A program made the position numbers and the translations under genes. 42,095 bases of DNA from NCBI RefSeq assembly GCF_001194135.2, contig NC_068992.1, positions 45,948,041-45,990,135 on the forward strand. Reading direction: 5' to 3'. Origin of the DNA: Octopus bimaculoides (taxonomy: Eukaryota). Under the pieces are notes generated by a model that ran no database searches, was not told the DNA's origin, and saw nothing but the letters and a program-made list of their open reading frames with translations. Positions 1-11,586 of this stretch are shown here, piece by piece (positions within the stretch are counted from its first letter, which is position 1; each line of letters starts with the position of its first letter).

Positions 1-45
1 GGAGGAAAAGTTCTTTCTAAGACAGGAGAGTGAAAAAGGGAGGTG

Positions 46-511
46 AATATGTGTGCGTGCGCGAGGGTCTGCAAGTGTGTGTGTAATAACAGAACGTGTG
101 TGTGCGTGTGTATGTGTGTGTGTGTGTGCGTGGTTTGGTGGTTTATCTGTTAGTGTGTATGTGTGTGTTTGTGTGTGTGTGTGTGTGTGACGTAGTGGAA
201 GGAATTAGTAGCAGGAATAGTTAGGGTGTGCTTATAGACAATGGTCAGTGGTAGGTCAGCAGGCAGTTTTTGAGCATGTGTATGTGCGTGTGTGTGTGTA
301 TTTTGTATGTGCGCGTGTGTGTATGTGTATCTTTTTGTGCGTGCGTGTGTGTTTGTGTGTATGTGTATGTTGTGTATATGTGCGTTGCTGTGTACGTGTG
401 TGTGCGTGCGTTTGCTTCTGTATGTGCGTGTGTTGTTTATGGCCATGTATGTGTGATTGTATGCGTATCTGTGTGAGTGTGTTGTGTTGGTGAGAGGTGT
501 GTGTGCGTGTG

Positions 512-543
<32 letters not shown>
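46..543. repeat. Compound (TG)n/(TGTA)n/(TA)n microsatellite tract
   Basis: Directly visible degenerate GT/TGCG/TATG repeats ending in (TA)n; explains the VC/HT-repeat ORFs at 150-493. Confidence 0.95.
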
Positions 544-546
<3 letters not shown>

Positions 547-777
547 TTTTACTCTTGTTCTCTTTTACTAGCGCAAGCTTGAGAGCTGAAGCCATCCTGA
601 GGCATTGCCTATGATATTGCCACTGATTTTGTGTTTCCAAAGAACACCTTCTGCTGTTGGTGTTCGATGAATAAGGAAATATGTTGCATTTGTAGCTATG
701 ACATTGGTTCATCTGAGATCTCAAACTGAAGATTATCCATTATCCATCTGTTTCTTGAATTACATCTGCACTCATAG

Positions 778-814
778 AAATATCTCCAATTCTTTGGCTA
801 ATTACTGAAATGCA
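778..814 (+). CDS. Candidate small internal exon (37 nt), unknown gene
   Basis: ctgcactcatAG|aaatatc...gaaatgca|GTGAGT. Only one open frame, (E)ISPILWLITEM(Q), phase-compatible with 1099-1123. No homology recognised. Confidence 0.2.
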
Positions 815-1098
815 GTGAGTTTTTAAAAGCTTGCTGTATTGGGTCATGAGTTTTGGGACATTTGAGGCTATAAATTGTTGGTCACTATGGTGATGGTCAC
901 ATGTTCTTCAGGTTCAAGATACTTATGTCTTCATGGTGATGAAGTTTTTATTTCTGATGACAAAGTGATATATTCTAACACACGCGCACACACACACACA
1001 TTTTCTCCTGTAACACTTTCCTCTGTTGTACTCTGGTTTTCTCATCACATTCTCTCTACAATTAATCACTAAACTTACTTCTCTCATTGTCATTGCAG

Positions 1099-1123
1099 GA
1101 TTTTCTATCATGCTCTTAATCAG
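1099..1123 (+). CDS. Candidate micro-exon (25 nt), unknown gene
   Basis: Branch-like CACTAA, pyrimidine tract ttctctcattgtcattgcAG, donor cag|GTTAGC. Joined to 778-814 it reads EISPILWLITEMQIFYHALNQ. Confidence 0.2.
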
Positions 1124-1596
1124 GTTAGCTTAATCAGAGAAATCATAAGTTAAGGAGGAATCATTAGTCTTTCTAGGAAAACAGCAACCTTCTAATGCTT
1201 GGGCTCATTAATGTATGCAGTACTCACAAAGAATTGGCAAGCAGACAACATATGGCCAGGCAGCTTCTTTAGACTTTTGGAGACAAGACATATTCTATAG
1301 CTGCTTAGGCTATGGGTTCTCAAATTGATTGGTGCTAGGAATGGCATAGGAGCCAAACTTGAGAGGAAATGAGATACAGTCTCAAACCTGCAGATGATAG
1401 CAGTAACTCAAAACAGTATCTGAAGAAGACCACTGCAAACCATCCTGCTAATATAGATCTGGCGAAGGAGATGGAAAATAATGATGATTATGATGTGTGT
1501 GTGTGTGTGTGTGTGTGTGCTTAATTTACTACGTACCTCTGGAATATTTGTTACTATATATACATATGTATATGTGCAATCATGTACCTCATATGC

Positions 1597-1655
<59 letters not shown>

Positions 1656-2172
1656 GGATGATAAACAAGAAGAATGGTTATAAATATATATCTGAATAGA
1701 AATATTGCTCTACAGTGAAGAAAAACAGTGAAATCTTCTGCAAAATTATTTCTCTGTAGTTGTAGAAATTATTTCTTTGAAATTGTCTAAAAGAAAATGG
1801 AAACTGTCTTATCTTCTGTTTTCTATGGAATGAAAAGAAATGTTTAATGTTTTTATCAGAGTTACACCACATTTTACTGCCAGACCACTTATGCGGTTTG
1901 CAATGTATATATATGTATGCGAGTTTATGTTTATATAAATTTATCTATGTATATTTGTGTGTATGTGTGTAAACGTTAATACTGTATTCACAGATCTGTG
2001 TCCAGACATATACTCACTTATACATGCATGAATATATCTGTTACATGCAAATGCATATAAATATGTTAACCTGCATATATATGTGTGTGTGTGTGTGTGT
2101 GCGTATGTTAACCTGCATGTATACATAGATAGATATAAATATTCATACAGACAGGCACATATGTCTGAACAC

Positions 2173-2223
<51 letters not shown>

Positions 2224-3340
2224 CACATATATATATATCTTCAATAAATGTATGGCTGTGTTTGTTACATTTATGCATGTGTTCGTTGTGTGACTGTATG
2301 TATATATATATATATATAGATAGATAGATATATAAAAATAAATATATATATATGAAACAACATTTTAGGGCCATTTTCCCTATTAAATTGGGGCAATGAT
2401 TATATATCATTTTTGCAGCAGTATTATACAGGTGGATGCTTTGCCTGATACTAAACCTTTAGATGCCCCTTATGACATTGACAGGATATGCAGTATCTAT
2501 TTTAGCTACTATATATCTGTATGTATGCATGTGTTATATAGATACATACTAATAAATATTAATAATAATTATAGACATGTATACATCCCCACACACCAAC
2601 ACACATATGGCATTAGTAACAAAGCAGTGATGAGAAAAGATGAACTTAACGATTGGGAAATTTAAGTGCTGACAAATTTACTTCTGCAAAAATGATTTAT
2701 TACCCCCCTCCATTTGTCCATGAAACATATATTTATATGAGTTCTGTGAGGAAATTCCTTGATAAAGGAATTCGTAATGATGCATGAAATTTATAGAATA
2801 CTGTTAGAAATTTCCGTAATAAAAAGTCCCATATAGTTGGCCTTACCTATTTGATACATAGCAGATCTGAGAGAGCTGGCAAAGAAATTCTTTTGAAGTA
2901 AGGAATTATTGTAAATATCTTAATACTCTGTACACACACACACACACACACACACTATACCGAGTCAGGGAACTTTCTTTCTAATACCTCATTGTATACA
3001 GAAGCCCATGTTTGCTATTTTAAAGGTGGCTTATTGAGTTATGTTTTTATATGGTGATTAATTAGTGCATGTCCTTGTGTTTGCATGCATATTCATACAT
3101 GGTATTTTCAAGTCTATAGTGATAACACACGAAGACTATACTTTTCTATTCAGCCATGTCAGATGACCGCTGGACTTACATCTCCATTTTCACCATTACA
3201 CCATTTTGTAACAATATAAATTAGCTGTCATGAGACTAATATATCATGTATATAAGGACATGTAATTAATAGTCATGTAGCAACCCCACTGTCAATGCTA
3301 AATATGCTACCTTTTAAGTTAATGTGTCCACACTTGTGTA

Positions 3341-3548
3341 TACAAAGAAGTATCAGAAAGTTCCAGGACAAGATCTAAAATGAATCTATTCAGTAAATAA
3401 TTTAATCCATATATTATTTACATTTGGAGGTCCTAAAGCATTGTGGAATTTCTCTTCCTCAAGGCCATCCAATATTATCTCCAATTTGAATTGCATCTAG
3501 TATTTCAATGTGGCTTCATTCCAGTTTCATTTTGGACAAAACCAAAAC
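3341..3548 (-). mobile_element. Decayed mariner transposon end (transposase C-terminus plus TIR)
   Basis: TIR-like tacaaagaagtatcagaaagttccaggac. Minus strand gives LSKMKLE*..IEILDAIQ and LDGLEEEKFHNAF, resembling the mariner LFPKMKLELKG..LDTLTEEDFQ.AF C-terminus, with frameshifts. Confidence 0.55.
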
Positions 3549-3636
3549 AAAATTTTATTTCTTATTTTACTTTCAAACTCAGGAAACATTCAACAGCAAA
3601 ACTTTAACCCAAAGATCTGCATAAACAGGTAGAAAT

Positions 3637-3790
3637 GTGGCTTTGGGTTTAAAAAGCTTGCTTCCCATCTATTTGGCCTCAGGTTCAGTCCTACTGCCTT
3701 TGAGATGGCTTTGGTCAGACCAGTGTCAGCCAAATTCCTGTGAGTGGATTTGATTGACAAAAACTGTATGAAGCTCATTGTATATAGACA
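3637..3790 (+). mobile_element. tRNA-headed SINE type A (5' part)
   Basis: gtggctttgggtttaaaaagcttgcttccc..ggttcagtcctactg..gtgagtggatttgattgacaaaaactg; the same motifs recur at 26728 and, reversed, at 27345 and 34800. Confidence 0.6.
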
Positions 3791-3889
3791 TATATATGTA
3801 TGTGTATATATTTGTGATGGTATGTGCTGGTTTTAAATGGGCATGCTATCTTGTTTGTTTCTTGTTTTCTATGAAATCTGTCTAACAAT

Positions 3890-4055
3890 GGTGAAATCTT
3901 ACCTTGTTTAGAAACAGTTAAAAGTTGGAAGCAAGAATGGCATCCATTTGTAAAAAATCTACCTCACCAAATTCTGTCTGACACCTGCACACCTGTCAAC
4001 TGCTTGCCTGACACCTGTAAGTATGGGAAAAGAGGATATTAAAAGATAATGGTAA
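3890..4055 (+). mobile_element. SINE type B-related 3' part
   Basis: ggcatccatttgtaaaaaatctacctc..aagtatgggaaaagaggatattaaa resembles the tails at 7830-7945, 25520-25635 and 34280-34395. Confidence 0.5.
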
Positions 4056-4603
4056 CGAAAGATATATAAAAATACACAGTTTTTTTAAAATAATAGTTTT
4101 GTGATTGTTCAAAATTCTATAGCTTATTCTAAGTTATGAAGAGTATTGTTGAGTTTAGATTCAGTAAAATCCATTTGTTCCTTCAAATATCCCAGATCCC
4201 CCATCTTTCGATTCTCAGTTATAAATCTTCAGCTTTAAGTCAGGCAGCACGTTATTGTGGAAGCTCTGTATCAAGGAAAGCCATTGACGTACAGTAACTT
4301 CTGTTGGATTTTCCTTTTGCAGCATTTCTAAAGATTCTTTGACACCAAGAATTTTATCTTCACATGCAACTCATCCAGTTAAGTGGCTTTTACATAGAAT
4401 TTGTTGTTTCTTTTTTAAATTTTTAACTTCAGCATGTAATGGCACTTAAACTAAAGTGAATATAAAGTTTTCTTATAATTATAAATTTTTGCAGTGACAT
4501 TGTCACTATTGTGATAACATAAATAAACAGCGTTGCCTATATACATATACCTATATAAATTTATATATTATATACACAGGCATACATACATGCATATATG
4601 TAT

Positions 4604-4662
<59 letters not shown>

Positions 4663-5149
4663 TGGAAGAACGTATGTATGTATTGTTTATGCCATAAGAT
4701 GTTAGAAGCTTAAAGAGAATGTGAAATAATTCTTATGATGTAAACAACACACAATTCTCACTGGTGAGAACAAAATTTCTAAAATGGTTCGAGAAATTTA
4801 AAGGATTCCTTTGGTCCAATGTCTATCAAGCTTATGGAAGATGTGGGTTCAGGTATCATGGGTAGATTTTGACTTTTCCTATCCAGTGAGTTTTTTTTTT
4901 TGTACCCTAATATCTACATGTTTTCTTCAGGTGAATATATGTTCAAATTAAATATTTTACAAAAAAACATTCTATGAAGCCAAGTATGTATTTTTTTTAA
5001 ATGTTTAATTCGTGCATACATTAACCTGATAAAAATGGTGTTATTTTTTGCATGATGTAATAACTCTATTCATCAATAAAAAACACAACTGAAACGGCTG
5101 TAGTGAGTGAACCACTATCCATCTGTTGTTATTTGCTATATGTATATAG

Positions 5150-5360
5150 GGTTCAAATTTTGGCATAAAGCCAGCAGTTTTGGGGGAGGAGTTAAGTCAG
5201 TTACATGGACCCCAGTATTCAGCTGGTAATTATTTTAGTGACCCAGAAAGGATGCAAAGCAAAGTTAACCTCGGTGGAATCTGAACTCAGACTGTAAAGA
5301 CAGATGGCATACCACAAGCATCTTGTCCAGCATGCTAACAATTCCATGGTCTCACTGCCT
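5150..5360 (-). mobile_element. tRNA-headed SINE type C (central domain resembles Deu/Nin)
   Basis: Reverse strand reads gaattgttagcatgctggacaagatgct..gagttcagattccaccgaggttaactttgctttgcatcctttctgggtcactaaaataattaccagctg; related plus copies at 25180 and 31770. The Deu/Nin assignment is from memory. Confidence 0.55.
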
Positions 5361-5363
5361 TGT

Positions 5364-5403
<40 letters not shown>

Positions 5404-5657
5404 ATGTGTATATATCATGGCTATCATGTTAAACTGTAGTATGTCCAAATTTGGCCAAATGCATTTTTTTCTAATATTCAGTTTTGCTTTCAATAGCCGG
5501 TTCTTTTAGTTAAGCTTTCATATCCCCAGCTGCTTCAGATGCCAAGATATGAAAATTGTGAAAGTATAGTACAACAGTTTAGCATTTTTCGAAAGCGTAG
5601 TAAGTTCTACATACGACAGTTTTGCGAAGGATATTTGTCCTCATCTTGTTTGTTGTT

Positions 5658-5703
5658 AACACAACTTTTCAGCTGATATATCCTCTAACCTTCATCAGGT
5701 GTC
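5658..5703 (-). ncRNA. Degenerate second copy of the minimal hammerhead ribozyme
   Basis: Minus strand: GACAC CUGAUGA A GGUUA..CAGCU GAAA A GUU GUGUU. Core retained; stem II mismatched and the stem III C changed to A. Confidence 0.35.
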
Positions 5704-5777
5704 TTGGGGAAATTTCGAATCTAGGTTCTCATTCTTAAGGTATTTTTCGATGTTATCATTATTATTCAAGGCAGTGA

Positions 5778-5839
<62 letters not shown>

Positions 5840-5913
5840 GTAATAGTAACAGCAACAGCAACAACATCGAAAAATACCTTAGGAATGAGAACCCAGGTTC
5901 GAAATTTCCCTAA

Positions 5914-5959
5914 GACACCTGAAGAAGGCTGGAGGGTATATCAGCTGAAACGTTGTGTT
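5914..5959 (+). ncRNA. Minimal type I hammerhead ribozyme motif (PLE-associated, dimer type)
   Basis: GACAC|CUGAAGA|A|GGCUG-gagggtatat-CAGCU|GAAA|CGUU^|GUGUU. Stem I GACAC/GUGUU, CUGANGA core, 5-bp stem II, GAAA, palindromic ACGU stem III, GUU cleavage triplet. Confidence 0.6.
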
Positions 5960-6739
5960 AACAACAAACAAGATGAGGACAAATATCCGTCAAATGTAAA
6001 TAATGTAAATAATGTACATAATTCCTCATCTCTTAAATATAGAACTAAATTAGTGTTATACTTAAAATTTAGAAATGATTGATTTGACACAGTACTGAAT
6101 AAAGTGACATCCTCTGTCATCATTATCTCCAAGATGGCTTTATGTAACTAGAAATAACAGCCAAATTTCCTCCAAATAAAATTTTACTTTCTTAAAGAAC
6201 TTTGGAAGACTAATTGCAGCTGCACTATTCCTGAAGGATAAGGTTAAGGAAACCTTTCATCATAGGCTTGTCTCTAGCAAAGATACTTAACTTAGAATTG
6301 GCTCAGTCCATCTAGCTGTAAACAATAAAGCACAAGATACTATATAACTAAGTACTATAACCAATATCAGTACTGTAAAATTGATGTATACTTTAGTACT
6401 CAGTTGTACTTCCACTGTGGGTATAACATGTTGAGGAGTGGGTCTCCACAAAGTTTCATTTGCAATAGATGTACTCAATAGAGACAGAAACCATCTTTGG
6501 TGCTTCTAACATCTAATGGCTTATGGGAATCCTCATGATTGTGTAAGTGTATAATTTCTTGTAACTCTGACGATGTATGTATTTCTTTGGTAACTCATTT
6601 GGTTATCAAATCATGGTTGAAATAAAATAACCCAAGACAGATTCTGTTTTAGAATTTCCATTCATATCTATCAAGCAATATTTTCTTTTATATTGTTTTG
6701 TTAATTTTCTTTTATAGTGAAGAATTTTTTTTTTTCCAG

Positions 6740-6771
6740 TGAAAATCTTTTCCTTCACAACTATGTATAAA
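6740..6771 (+). CDS. Candidate micro-exon (32 nt), unknown gene
   Basis: T11-ccAG acceptor and aaa|GTAAGT donor; one open frame xKIFSFTTMYK. No homology recognised. Confidence 0.25.
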
Positions 6772-7557
6772 GTAAGTCTATATTTCTCTCAGAAAATTAT
6801 CTCATGTAATAGGATGCCAGGCACCAGATTAGTTTGTTACTTTTTTTTTTTCTTTTTGTTTTGTTTTTGTATTTTCATTACCAAACTCCCTCAAGTGTTA
6901 ACCAAAATGATGATGAGATTGGCAAATAGATTGTCTAGGTGTAAGGAAACCAATTCTTTGGGAATACAATTATGAAACATAAACAGTTGAGAAATTTCTC
7001 ATAAGTGAAAACAATTTCTCTACCCAGGATAAGGACATTTAAATTGTAGAGTTGTGTCTTTTTTCTTTCTTTTTAAAGTAAACAAGAAAAGCTTTCTTTT
7101 CTATCATTCCTTACTACATCAGCTGCAAGTTAGTTAAGGATTGGCAAAAATATCTGAGAAATCCTTTCAGTAAATAAAGAATGAAGTGTACGTATATATA
7201 TATATATATTTCACATTGTAGTTTAATGGAGAACATTTTTTCTCTTAAAGTGGAATATAACAGAAAAATAAAGTGAAATGAATAAAATAAAGTCAATGGC
7301 AGCTCTAGTGCATTCTTTCTTGCATCATATTATGTTTTCATGTTGCATTCTGTCAACACATTATGTGACTTGCTGCTTCAAGGATTTTAAAGTGTCTTGG
7401 CAAAATCCAAGGATCTTAAGATTACTCTGAAACAGTCATAATTTCATATGAAGTCATTCTACCTGCAAACATGTGATGCAACTTCTTCGTGATTTAGGAA
7501 TTTGTTCACCTGGTAATGCATAGAGTTTTTATACGAAAAGGACAAAGTGGTGAGAAA

Positions 7558-7950
7558 GGATCTTCAGATGCTGTCCCTCACAGAGGAAATGATAGGGAAC
7601 TGAGACTCCTGGTGGTTTGCTGTGCTTGAGAAGGTAAAAGTGTGGTTGTCATTGCTTACAGCCATGTCCCCTGTATCCCTCTCCAGCTGAGCATCCCTAA
7701 TGTTGTAGGCTCATAGGTGTTGGTGCCATGTAAAAAGCACCCATACCAGTGCCACATGAATGCACCCAAGCCAGTGCCGCATAAAGGCACCCAGTACACT
7801 CTGTAATGTGGTTAGCATTAGGAAGGGCATCCAGCTGTAGAAACCGTGCTAAAACTGACATGGAACCTGGGCAGCTCTTCAGCTGGCTAGTTCCTGCCAA
7901 ACCGTCCAACCCATACCAGGATGGAAAACAGACACTAAATGATCATGATA

Positions 7951-7984
<34 letters not shown>

Positions 7985-8000
7985 CAATGACAACGACAAT
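7558..8000 (+). mobile_element. SINE type B with (GAT)n tail
   Basis: gtaaaaagcacccagtacactctgtaatgtggttagcattaggaagggcatccagctgtagaaacc..gccaaaccgtccaacccataccaggatggaaaacagacactaaatgatcatgataat(gat)n; close copies at 25285, 34083 and, reversed, 32925. Confidence 0.75.
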
Positions 8001-8849
8001 GATGATGAAAGCATCTAACTAGAATCTATGTCCAGTGTCTAGATAATTGAAGATACTCTGATCAGAGATTGCATACTGAAGTGTCATTAAGATCCACAGA
8101 AAGGCTTGGAGTCAACACTCCAAACAAACAAATCACTTGTAAAGTGTTGCTACTGTGTTACAGAAGGGAACTTTTCTTACTATTCCATGCCATTCTTACA
8201 ACTCAATGCTTTGAGACATGAGAAATGTCTTAGAGATGGACAGAGATCAGTGATGTAAACTGGATTTGAACTATCAGCTTCTCAGCTGCTACACTGGTGC
8301 TTTTTCAAATTATCTATAATCTATTGTAACACACTTTTGTCTAAAGAGAAAAGACACATGAGTCTCTCCAGACTTATTCATGTAAATCTTCCCACATTAG
8401 TCATGTAAGCTTTCTCCCTCTGGCTGATAATGATTGTTCTACATTTTTCAATATAGATTTTTTTTAGACTGGTCAACTCTGATTATTTCAAATTAGTCAG
8501 TGTAGGTCTTCTCAGGTTGGTCAATGTAGCTTTTCCCATGGCTGATGCAGATCTGGTCAAGCAGCAGCAGCATAAAGATGCAAGGCATAACTATGTGGTT
8601 AAGAATTTTGCTTCAAGACTAATGTGGTAATTGGGTAAAACCATACTTTCATACTTTACGATCGACTTTATGAGTGAAATTTGGTAAACTGACAAAACTC
8701 TCTATTCTTGTAGACTTAATCAACCCCCAGTCTTACACCAAAGACACCAACCACTACTACAGCTACCATCACCTGTTCTTTAGATGCATTTAGTAGAGTC
8801 CACCCTTTTGCATGCATTAAGATCAAGTCTCTAATCAGAGTTTAATATC

Positions 8850-9390
8850 TGAGCAGAGGCTCAGAAAAAGGTGATGGAGGGCACAATTTTTCTTCTGACA
8901 GCTATTAGAAGAAAAATAAAAGTGAGGAGGGGAAGTATACCATGTATGGATGTAGTAGTGGTTGTAATGTGTTATTGAGTGAATAATTATCTCTTATAGA
9001 TACTGTCAAAGATGTTTGACTAACTAGCAGCTATACTGTCCCAGACATATGAGTAGTATTGTATGTAGGACTTGTACTTGATATAATGCCTTCAATGGCT
9101 TGTCATAAATTAATTCCTAGCCTTGAAGAGGAGGTGTAGTCTTTGAAATGGTGTTTTTGTTATGAGCACTCATTAGCAAGTGTAAAACAGAAGCAAGTAT
9201 TTCAGTTGGTTGAGATGAGAGCAGTATCAAACTTTTGTAGGAATGATATATCAATGATTTACGTTATGCCACTGAGGCTGCACAACACACTTTCCGCTTG
9301 CTGCTAGAATCCAATAAGCTGTACATAAGTCACATTTACTGGTTCAATCCATCATTTAAACTGTAATCTGCAGGCAAGACACTTTAATAT
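8850..9390 (-). mobile_element. Decayed CR1/L2-like LINE, RT C-terminal region
   Basis: Minus-strand pieces LKALYQVQV, YYSYVWDSIAA and NTLQPLLH resemble LYKAQVRP-MEYCSHVW...STLQPLAHRR; stops and frameshifts present. Confidence 0.5.
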
Positions 9391-9584
9391 TACAAGCTCA
9401 TTTTGTTTGGACGTAAATAGGGAGCAACTGTAGGGACAGTTCATTACTTAGTTTATAAACCATGTAATTTTGCCTTAGTGGTTCAGTCTGTTTACAGCTC
9501 TTACTCAATATCAAGACATATATATATGTACACTCACACTCAAACACAGCACTTACACACTCATATAGATATATATGTATATCC

Positions 9585-9705
9585 ACATATAATGGACTTC
9601 TATCAGTTTCTGTTTATGAAATCTACTGTCAATCTACTGAAGCCCTAGTAGAAAATATTTGTTACACAGAGAGACTGAACTCAAAACCATGTGGTTGCAA
9701 GAGAG
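9585..9705 (-). mobile_element. SINE type A fragment
   Basis: ggacttctatcagtttctg..tagtagaaaata..gactgaactcaaaaccatgtggttg is the reverse of type A. Confidence 0.45.
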
Positions 9706-10180
9706 AGAGAGATGGGAGGATATATACATCCCTTTCCCTCCACATCTACACACATCTACACATGCAGAGTTAAAAATGCACAAACATGCATGTGCGCGCA
9801 CACCAACACACACACATGTACATATGATGGAAGTATATAAACACAGGTGTGAAATATATTCAAGACAGTGCAAGAGCCATGAGGAAACAAGTGACTGGCG
9901 AATGAGCTGCGATAGCATAGGACCAAAGGAACTCTTCAGACATGTTTAGAACATGAGTATATCGCTAAGCATGGTGTCACAATGATATACACCTTGAGCA
10001 CATTGTAAAGGGATAATAGAGATTATATTAGAAAGGCAACCTTGTCACAGAAACAAGCCACGAAGAAAAGGCAGAGCAAGAAGTGGTTCTCTAAACAGTC
10101 AGTAAGGGCAATAACTCTGAATAAGAACTCGTTCAGCCAATGGTACTCATCTTACCGATGCCAGTATGAAAAGTGGATGG

Positions 10181-10211
<31 letters not shown>

Positions 10212-10394
10212 GGTGGTGGTGACGATCATGAGGACATTCATCATCGTCATCATCATCATCGTTGTGACTGCAGTGATGACATATTCACTGACGTGCATTT
10301 AGACAAGGAGGCATTTAAAAAACCTGATGCTGCATTTGATTGTTTAAAAATATGCATCCAACCATACACAGACAGTTCGATAGATCGATACATA

Positions 10395-10425
<31 letters not shown>

Positions 10426-10696
10426 AGACATACATGAACTTAGGCAATACAATTTTTTTGTTCATTTAATAACAGGAAGTGCACAATAGCTCCAAAGATA
10501 GGTCTATTAAACCTCCATCTACTGCTCTCCCAATCTCTTCATTATGTTTTCCTTAATCACTTACTCTCTGTCTTATCCCTACCTCATTACTATATCTTCC
10601 AACTATCAATCAATATCTTATACATCACCATATCTGTGTAATTAGTATGAGATCCACATTGGATCCCTTCATCATATTTTATTTGTTTTGCTAGCA

Positions 10697-10745
<49 letters not shown>

Positions 10746-11337
10746 TACTCACTCTGCCATTCATTGCTGACATACATCACTCTCTCTTACTGTCATTACT
10801 TCCTCTTCCTTCACCATGTCTCTCCTACCCTCCCTAATGTACCACTCATGATTCCTATTCAATTTCATTATCAACAACCAAAATTTAGCTGTTTATCAAT
10901 TTTTCTAGTCCAGTGTTCTTTTTACTATCACCTGCTCACATCCATTCCTTTGCTTCTAACCTTACACTCTCACTCACACAAGCTGTTACTCAGATTATTC
11001 CTTCATTTATGTTTTTCTTTACAACAGTCCTTCAATTATACATAAAGACAGTAACTTGGAATAAAATTTACCAAGCACTATGATAAATCCATTCAGTCTT
11101 TGCCAAGAAGGAGAAATAGACATAAAATGCTGATGATGATACATTATATACATCTTTCTATGCATCTATACCAATTTATATATGCATATATTCGATATAC
11201 ATTTCATAAAACCTTCAGTATATCCTAACTCCCTGTCTGTATCATATTTCCACAAACATCTGCTCTCAGTATCATAGGATAATACCATTTTTATTACATT
11301 TTTCTCATCATTGCTTTGAAATATTTGCTTTTTAAAT

Positions 11338-11455
11338 CACACACACACACACACAAAGTGTGTGTGTGAGTGCGCGTGTGTGTGTGCGTGTGTGTGTGTG
11401 TGTGTTTATGTGTGCATGTATGAAACACATTCACAAACACACATATATACCCACT

Positions 11456-11495
<40 letters not shown>

Positions 11496-11586
11496 TGAGT
11501 GTATACATACATACATACATACATATATATATATGTATATATATATACATACGTACGTACGTACGTACATACATACACACACGTGT
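11338..11586. repeat. Compound microsatellite with self-complementary segments
   Basis: (CA)n directly followed by (GT)n, then (TA)n, (TACA)n, and a perfect 18-nt palindrome T(ACGT)4A at 11550-11567. Confidence 0.9.

Larger units (their letters stand above)
5629..5988. mobile_element. Penelope-like (pLTR-derived) inverted repeat enclosing (TAA)n
   Basis: Arms 5629-5755 and 5863-5988 are reverse complements (~10 differences in ~127 nt by eye). The 107-nt spacer is mostly (TAA)n. Each arm has the cctgaNgaagg...gaaacgtt motif typical of PLE termini. Confidence 0.75.

Noticed and set aside
150-493. HT/VC/YI-repeat ORFs (here and about 30 similar ones in the track)
   Set aside because: Translations of (CA)n, (TG)n, (TA)n and (ATT)n microsatellites or read-through of N gaps.
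879-962. C/D box snoRNA-like layout (GTGATGG..GTGATGA..CTGA with a gtca/tgac stem)
   Set aside because: Non-canonical C box, odd stem spacing, and no plausible rRNA-complementary guide.
3119-3163. Minus-strand exon candidate LIYIVTKWCNGENGD with a GTAAGT donor, vaguely kinase-like
   Set aside because: Poor acceptor and no other kinase-like exons found.
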